A stretch of DNA of 64,000 nt, taken from contig NIVC01000829.1 of assembly GCA_002269645.1 (NCBI GenBank), forward strand, positions 1-64,000, in the 5' to 3' direction. This DNA comes from Macrostomum lignano (lineage: Eukaryota). Positions 57,461 to 64,000 of the stretch are shown one piece after another (within the stretch, counting starts at the first letter, position 1; each line of letters starts with the position of its first letter). The position numbers and the translations under genes were made by a program. The notes beneath the pieces are model-generated. The model made no database searches and was not told where the DNA came from. It was given only the letters and a program-made list of their open reading frames with translations.

Positions 57461-60368
57461 TCATGGAGCTGTTTGCTCGTTTTGTTCTGATACTTTTACT
57501 CTATTAAGGTATGATTTCGAATAATTTAACTAAGGACCTTTTTTAAAATTGATCGGAGACGAGGAGAATGTTTTTAGTTGCTACCTATACTGTTTTGCTT
57601 GCATGCAGTTTTAATATGATGTATGTTTTTTGGTAAGTTTTTAACCGCGCCCAAATTTTTATAGATCTTATACGTAGTCCATTTCCGTTTTTTAAAAATT
57701 AGTAGTTGTTTTCTTGACAATTATATACTTTGCAACATCGAAAAGTCGCCATCACAGAAGATTCCGTCTGTGGTCGCCACTTTTGAGAATTCAGGTAAAA
57801 AGTATCTCAATCTGTGCGACTGACGCAACTTAGCGACGCCACGCGGCTGACTTTGGTTGAGGAACTGATTAAAGCTACCCCTCAGTTTCTCGCGTCTTTT
57901 ATTTCAGATTTCAGAATAGTCCAAGAGAAATCTCTCATTGGCGCATAGATTGGCGACTTTTCAATGTTTCTCAGTACATTTTCTTTAGGTGATAAAGCGC
58001 AATGGTGTTTTTTAGATTACTTATTTGGCAGTAACGATGGTTAGTAAATATGTTCACAGATAATCCCATGGGCCTCTACTCTTCTAACAGGGCTACTAAT
58101 GTAATCATTGATTGCTCATATAAATCAATAGATTGTACGAAGTAGTACTTTTTAACTCTCGTGTCATCCAGCTTGTTCCATACTCCATTTTTTAAGACAC
58201 AAGATTTGTAGCTGCCCTACCAGCTGCGTACTGCCGTAGTGAGACACGGTGAATACTGGACATCCCAAGCTGGGGATGCTACGTGCTAGGCTTCACCAGA
58301 AGAATTTTGTGTTTTTGACCATCGATCCCATTCCGATTTTTTTTTGCATCAGCGTCACTCTGCTGTTAGAGACCTGAAAGTGAGGGACCCAGACGGAATA
58401 TTTCAGCGTTTATCGTCAACTGGTCCGACCAGCTATCGAATATAACCTGTTTAGTACGGCGCGTTGCTCTGTGTTCCATTTTTATATCTGCGTTTACGTT
58501 TAAATCCTGGTTGCGCCAATTATTGCCAGTCAATTTAGCTGAATCTAGCTCGCAGAACTAAGATTAGCTGTGCTTCTTCTTTTAACGTCTATTAATTTTT
58601 TCAGCTTGGTTTTAGATAAGCTTTGTGGTGTTTCCTTGGTTTTCATTTATCGAGAAAGTGTATCAGCATTATCTCGAGTAGTTAACTGCACTTGTAGTAA
58701 TGATAGATTTGTGGTACACCTTGTTTTTTGCAAAATTTGAGTTAATTATTGTTATTAGATTTTTTGTTGGTAGTTTTGACATTTTCTGCTTTTAATCTAG
58801 TCAGTCTTTATTGTTACAGGTATCGTTTACTTTTAAGCTTGTATTCATTTTGGTGCAGCTTTCTCGACAAAACCTTTTTTATAGTTTAATTAGCCAAAAT
58901 ACACAGTATTCTGTCAAACATCTCAAAAGGAGACAGCACTGACCGGACTTCCTTTAAAGCTGGTTTATCTTCACCTAATTTCGGTAATGCACTGTTATCA
59001 GCTATTACACTTGTAATCAACTCCAGTTAAAAGGTGACCAATCTATTGAGTGACAATCGGTGGCAGTCTGTCGAATTACGCATTTCAGCTATGCTTCTTA
59101 AAAAGACAGAAAAGTAACTGCAGACCAGTCCAGCGACCAGTCGTAGATCAAGCGATCGAGCCTGTGACAGCCTGGCAAACTAACCGTGTGTACGTGAAGC
59201 AAATCGCTAATTGAACGCGTCGAATTGAAATATTATGCGCGTGATAAAATGACAAGGATTTTTGTCATTGTTTCAAATAGGTTGCAACACTGTGGACAAT
59301 CGTCACACTTCTCTACGGACGTTTAGCATATATGGGGCTCAAAAACAATAGTACCTGCCAATCTATCATCTGCGGCAGTGCTTCGTTATCGTGCAATGAT
59401 TTATTTCGTGTTGATACTAATTTCCATTTCAAAACACTTCAATGGCTTAGTCTCCTTTTGTTTGGCTCTTTTTCTTTCAATACTGTTACTCTGTAATGAA
59501 TCCACGCTCCATCATTTTTATTAGAAAAAAATGTTTTTTAAAAGACAATTTCTTACCGTCAAATTTGTATATTAAAATTAAATATAGCACATTGATTCTA
59601 CCAATATCTACCAATTAATCTACCAATTAAAGCATGTAAGTGTTTACTTTTAGCTTGTAAGCTTTAATTAGAGTATTTTTCTAAGATAGCTTATACTGGT
59701 ACCCAGTTTTATCGTAAATTTATTTTACAATTCAGTTTACTTGGCTCGTCAGCTGTGTGGTATATGATCCTCTATAGTATCCTCATCCTCATACACTACA
59801 TGTATGCCTTTTGTTGTGTTATAGCAGCACTTTTTAAAATATACATATATACTCAGCAACATTGAAAAGTTACCACTCTATGCACCAGTAAGCAATTTCT
59901 CTTGGACAATTCTATATGAATGAAACTCTAGTTGGGGGTAGCTTTAATCCGTCCAACCCTCGCACACCGCTCCCCCCACTTCATTCCCCAACTCAAGTCT
60001 GCCGCGTGGCGTAGCTGAGTTGCGTCACTCGCAAAGATTGAGAGACTTTACCTGCACTCTCTCAAAAGTGGCGACCACAGATGGAATCCTCTGTAATGGC
60101 GACTTTTCAATGTTGCTAAGTATATTTAATGTCTCTGCGTTTACTTTTTAATTTTTTTAAGCAGACTGAACCAGTTCTTCGTTTTGCTTAAATTAATTCA
60201 ATTATTTTATGTTTGCTTTCTGGTTAAGAACTGTTAATGTGTAGGAAAATTATGAAGTGACAAGTACCGACAATTTTTTGGAAAATCTGGTTGAAATTTT
60301 GCTTTTTGATTGACACGACAATATCATGGACTGCTTTTTTGAAAACTGGGCCCATATATGCTTTAACG

Positions 60369-60812
60369 ATGGCAACAAAACGTAAATCAAGCGCAACAAG
60401 CGACGAGCAGGATCGACCAGCAAGCCGACTGTGCAGGTGCAGCCTCAGCCACTGCCAGAGCCTGGCTTCGGGCCGCGGACACTATTGGGACGGGCCTCTC
60501 TGCGCTGAGCATCTGGAGAGTGACAAAGAGCAGTTTAAAAGTCGGTTCGCCAGCATTAAGAAGGAAACTAATTCGATACTCGCTAGTGTTTTGCAGCTCA
60601 CAAACCGCGCTAAAGCTGCTTAATTCGAGCTGACGACTGACCGGGCTGAGGCGGCTGACCTGTTTGATGATGTCCTTGAAAGAGTGAATGAGTGCAGGGA
60701 GAAAGTGCTTGGTAGATTAGACTCGGATATTGCAGATATGGAGCAGATCCAGAGGTCTCTCAGCTGTGTAGAGAAACTTTCGGTTGATGTCAAAAGTCAG
60801 TCAGCCCACTAG
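60369..60812 (+). pseudogene. Type C mini-gene C4 with premature stop
   Basis: TAA at 60621-60623 (same site as in C1); 6-bp duplication giving RLCRCSLSHC. Confidence 0.85.
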
Positions 60813-62855
60813 TACTAAAACTTTGTAAATAGTGAAAGTTTTTTTCAACTGGGCTACCGCGTTTTGAACTTATTCGATGATAGGGAGTGTCAATACATTT
60901 CTAGTTCGATCTCTTGGCTTTGTGTTGAGACAGCCGATATAGCTGAATGGCGGTACAAATAAGATTAATAGGAATTTCTATAGTCCATACAACTTTAGTG
61001 TTTTTGTACCTTATAAAAACTTGCGTTATTCATTGGCTATTAGAAATTCATGTTCCTATCAGCTTTTCTGTCAGGACTCTAAGCCCCTCTTGACCTTGGC
61101 TACGCTACTGGCTGTGTGCATGAGTATAAACCTTAGATTCCATCTTATTTCAGCATTTCAACCTTTCTGCATAGCTCTTATGCTTTTTTAAATTGAGCTG
61201 TCCAATTTAGAACAGAAGTAGACGATTGGTGTTTGAGGTTTTTTAATATTTACAATCGTATTTTTGTTTGCTCACTCTAATTTACGATAAATCAGCTAAC
61301 CTAATGTCCGCTGCCATGTAAGTGTTACCAATGTAAAAACATACTTTTATACTGGCAATGTGGTTTTGGCATTCCTAAAATGCTACAGATTTTTCTACTT
61401 TACTACTGTCGGAAACTATTTAATGTTTATGCTATTGTTTTTACGTACCCAATTGTTGTTTAGAATTCTTTTATATGCGTATATATGCGTAGATATACGC
61501 ATATATCTATATCTATGCGTATAGATATGCATAAATACGAGTATATAGTTTTGGCCTAGAAGTCTCAAAATCCTTTATTATTTTTCTGTAAAAAATTATT
61601 GAAATAGTTATTGTCTATTTGAGCACTAAACCCAGAATTCTGAGGCTATATGACGTGTAATTTTTGTCAATTTCATATATCTCTTTCAATAACGATCTGT
61701 TAAAGTACTCAAATTAGTGATAGTCATGGGGAAAGTTTCGTTCGATTCTTGAACAATGTGCCGTTAATAGGTAACTGTCTTTTTGTCTGAAGGTTGTTGC
61801 TTTCACACTCCACAAATTTTCAACTTGTTAAATTGCCTAACCTTAACGACGCCCGTTTGAGATCGCATAACTTTATATTACCGAAAACTCACTTCCCTAA
61901 ATTTTTGCAAGCAACACTTTAATCCCGCAACTCTACATAAAGTGCACATATAGATCCTAAAAAAATCCTTGCGCGCCAGAAATTTTTATGGGTAAGCAAC
62001 AGGCTTCTGGCTGTGGATTTCGAAGTTCTATGTTAGTAAAATCTGTTAGCTCGTAATATCTGCAAAATGTGTAATTTCCAGTACTCAAATTTAGCGCCGA
62101 TCAAAGTTCGTTTTTTATAGCTAGCCTTATTATTCAAGAACTTCCACGCAATTTTGTTGTTTTTTGTTCAAGTACTCGTAAGTTTTGCAATGCTTTCGCA
62201 GTCTCGAAGGTTTTTAAGTTTGTTTTTTTAAACCACAATATAAACGGCGGATTGCGTCACAAATAAGTTTCTTATTTTTCAAACGTTTTTATCTCCATTT
62301 TTTAGTTATTTGAATATTAGTAAACATAAAGATCTTAAAGATTTAGTATATGAGCTAGGTGGATAGTTTCTATGTAAGCTCATTTTAGGTAGGTACTAGG
62401 TAACTCATTTTCACTTTCTGTGATTATTCGCATGATTATACGATATGAAAACTGTCAGGCTAATGACTTTCTAAATTTTTAGATAATTTCAATTTATAAG
62501 CATCTGATTTACTAAAACTCTCGCTGAATTTTTGTGAAATACTGAGCCCTTCTCGAGGAGCTTAAGCGTCTCAACACCGAATCAATGCTTTCCATCAAAT
62601 CATGACTAATTTTTTTGCTTTCTTAGACTCAAAAATATGTGCAACCTCAGTACCAACCGAGGCACTGACCAATGAGAGGTTCCGATGCAGTACAGCATGG
62701 TATGGTAGCAAGCTCAAGCCCTTGCATATATAGACAATTCGTTTTTTATCAACAATCACTTCTATTACAGCTTCAGCAGCGATTAGCATTTAGTATTTAT
62801 ATATATTTTTAGTATTACTCGTATGCTCAGTAGCTAATATTTTCTCTTTTATGCT

Positions 62856-64000
62856 ATGACAACCGATAGCGTCGATGCAGAATCCGATGCACAGACGTGC
62901 ACCATGACACATTGCACAGAGCCTTCGTCAGGTCTTGGAATATACTGGAGGGGGCAACTCTGCGAGCGACATCTCGCTAAAGATGAGAAGATTTTCGCAA
63001 AGAAAAACGCCGATGTTAAATCAGAGAACACTGAGGTATTATCGAAGACAGATGAACTGTTGAAAGCAAACAGGGTTGCTCTGTTTGAACTGACCAGCGA
63101 CAGAGCTGAGGCCGCTGACCTGTTTGACGCAATATTTCAGAGATTGCAGCAGTGCAGAGAAAATGTGATGAGCAGATTGGACTCTAAAATAGACAATGTG
63201 GAGCAGAATTTGAGAGCCCTCAGTTTCATAGAAAAGCTTTCTGTCGAGATCGGCGAGGAGGAAGCCAAAGGTGTTTCAACTAAAGGATTCAGGCTGCATC
63301 AAGAGGTCCAGATCTCGCTTGAAGATGCCCCGATATCAGAAGAGTTTGTCGATCCGGTAGACAACAGTGTGCACCAGGTACTGAGATTGCAACAAGCTGT
63401 TAGGACTTTTGCAGATGAGGCAGAGGATCCTGAGGATAAGAAACGAGAAAGTAGACTTAAGTCTGCCGTGCCCACTGTAAAAATGGCGCCTAATTTGTTA
63501 AACAATTTTTTGTTTATTCTCGCTGCTGTTTGCAGCAATACTGCTGGATACTATTTCTCAGCTCAAGCAGTCACGAAGACAAACCAAAACGGATTTCAAG
63601 CTCTACCTAGCGGAAGCACTTTTTGTGTGGCTAATAATTCGCAGTATTGGTTTTTCATGGTCTGTAATTCAGACATGCAAATAATCAGTCAGTGGAACCT
63701 TGGGAACAACGGAGTGCAGTTAGCTTCAGGCACACTTGTTGATCATCTTCAGCAGATATTTCTTCTTGGAACCAATCAGTTCCTAATTGTGACTGACCTG
63801 ACTGGCACCCAGTTGCGAAGTGTCCAGAATGTGCAGTGCCAAGCTCCAATAAGCCTCACTCATGACATGGAGAAGCTGTACATTCTCAGCAACGGTTGCG
63901 TGAACTGCCTCTCTCTGGAGTCACTTGAGCTGCAGCAGAGCTTGACGCTGCCTGATCATGTGAAGGACGCTCGCAGTGTAACAGCTTCCAGACACAGCTT
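62856..64000 (+). CDS. TRIM-like protein, type B paralogue B7, partial (open to the window end)
   Basis: Hand translation from ATG 62856 (MTTDSVDAES..CTMTHC-x15-CERH...) has no stop to 64000; not in the ORF track because no stop is reached; upstream acceptor lost. Confidence 0.75.
   Translation, partial: MTTDSVDAESDAQTCTMTHCTEPSSGLGIYWRGQLCERHLAKDEKIFAKKNADVKSENTEVLSKTDELLKANRVALFELTSDRAEAADLFDAIFQRLQQCRENVMSRLDSKIDNVEQNLRALSFIEKLSVEIGEEEAKGVSTKGFRLHQEVQISLEDAPISEEFVDPVDNSVHQVLRLQQAVRTFADEAEDPEDKKRESRLKSAVPTVKMAPNLLNNFLFILAAVCSNTAGYYFSAQAVTKTNQNGFQALPSGSTFCVANNSQYWFFMVCNSDMQIISQWNLGNNGVQLASGTLVDHLQQIFLLGTNQFLIVTDLTGTQLRSVQNVQCQAPISLTHDMEKLYILSNGCVNCLSLESLELQQSLTLPDHVKDARSVTASRHS

Larger units (their letters stand above)
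53356..60175 (+). repeat. 6,820-bp tandem duplication unit 2; a third, more diverged unit follows to the window end
   Basis: See unit 1; small differences appear only in the last ~700 bp. Confidence 0.9.

Noticed and set aside
10700-63538. Antisense and alternative-frame ORFs overlapping the TRIM-like genes (e.g. 10700-11164, 18778-19023, 26079-26285, 33703-33906, 63299-63538)
   Set aside because: Shadow ORFs of the sense CDS; they recur only because the genes are duplicated

Overview
Eukaryotic (metazoan, invertebrate-like) genomic DNA. Spliceosomal introns, tRNA-derived SINEs and RTE-like LINE relics are consistent with a flatworm such as Macrostomum, but the species is my inference. The first ~9 kb hold a spliced AKAP17A (XE7/SFRS17A) orthologue, preceded by a 27-29-bp minisatellite whose unit reads as a splice acceptor fused to a donor. 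Two copies of an 8-bp-TSD MITE at this locus carry a ~64-nt 28S rRNA segment spanning the R2/I-PpoI target site. From 10.5 kb to the window end lies a head-to-tail array of an intronless ~500-aa gene family: N-terminal C-x4-C-x15-C-x2-H zinc-finger-like motif, coiled coil, probable beta-propeller and Cys-rich tail (TRIM-like, no RING seen). It comprises 5 complete ORFs, 1 ORF open to the window edge, 2 nonsense pseudogenes, 4 deletion-derived finger+coiled-coil mini-genes and several relics. Paralogues show discrete hypervariable loops and patchwork mosaicism, as in rapidly evolving immune/restriction gene clusters. The array has been reshaped by segmental and 6,820-bp tandem duplications and by insertions of hAT, MITE, SINE, LINE and Crypton elements. 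All alignments were done by eye; no database searches were run.
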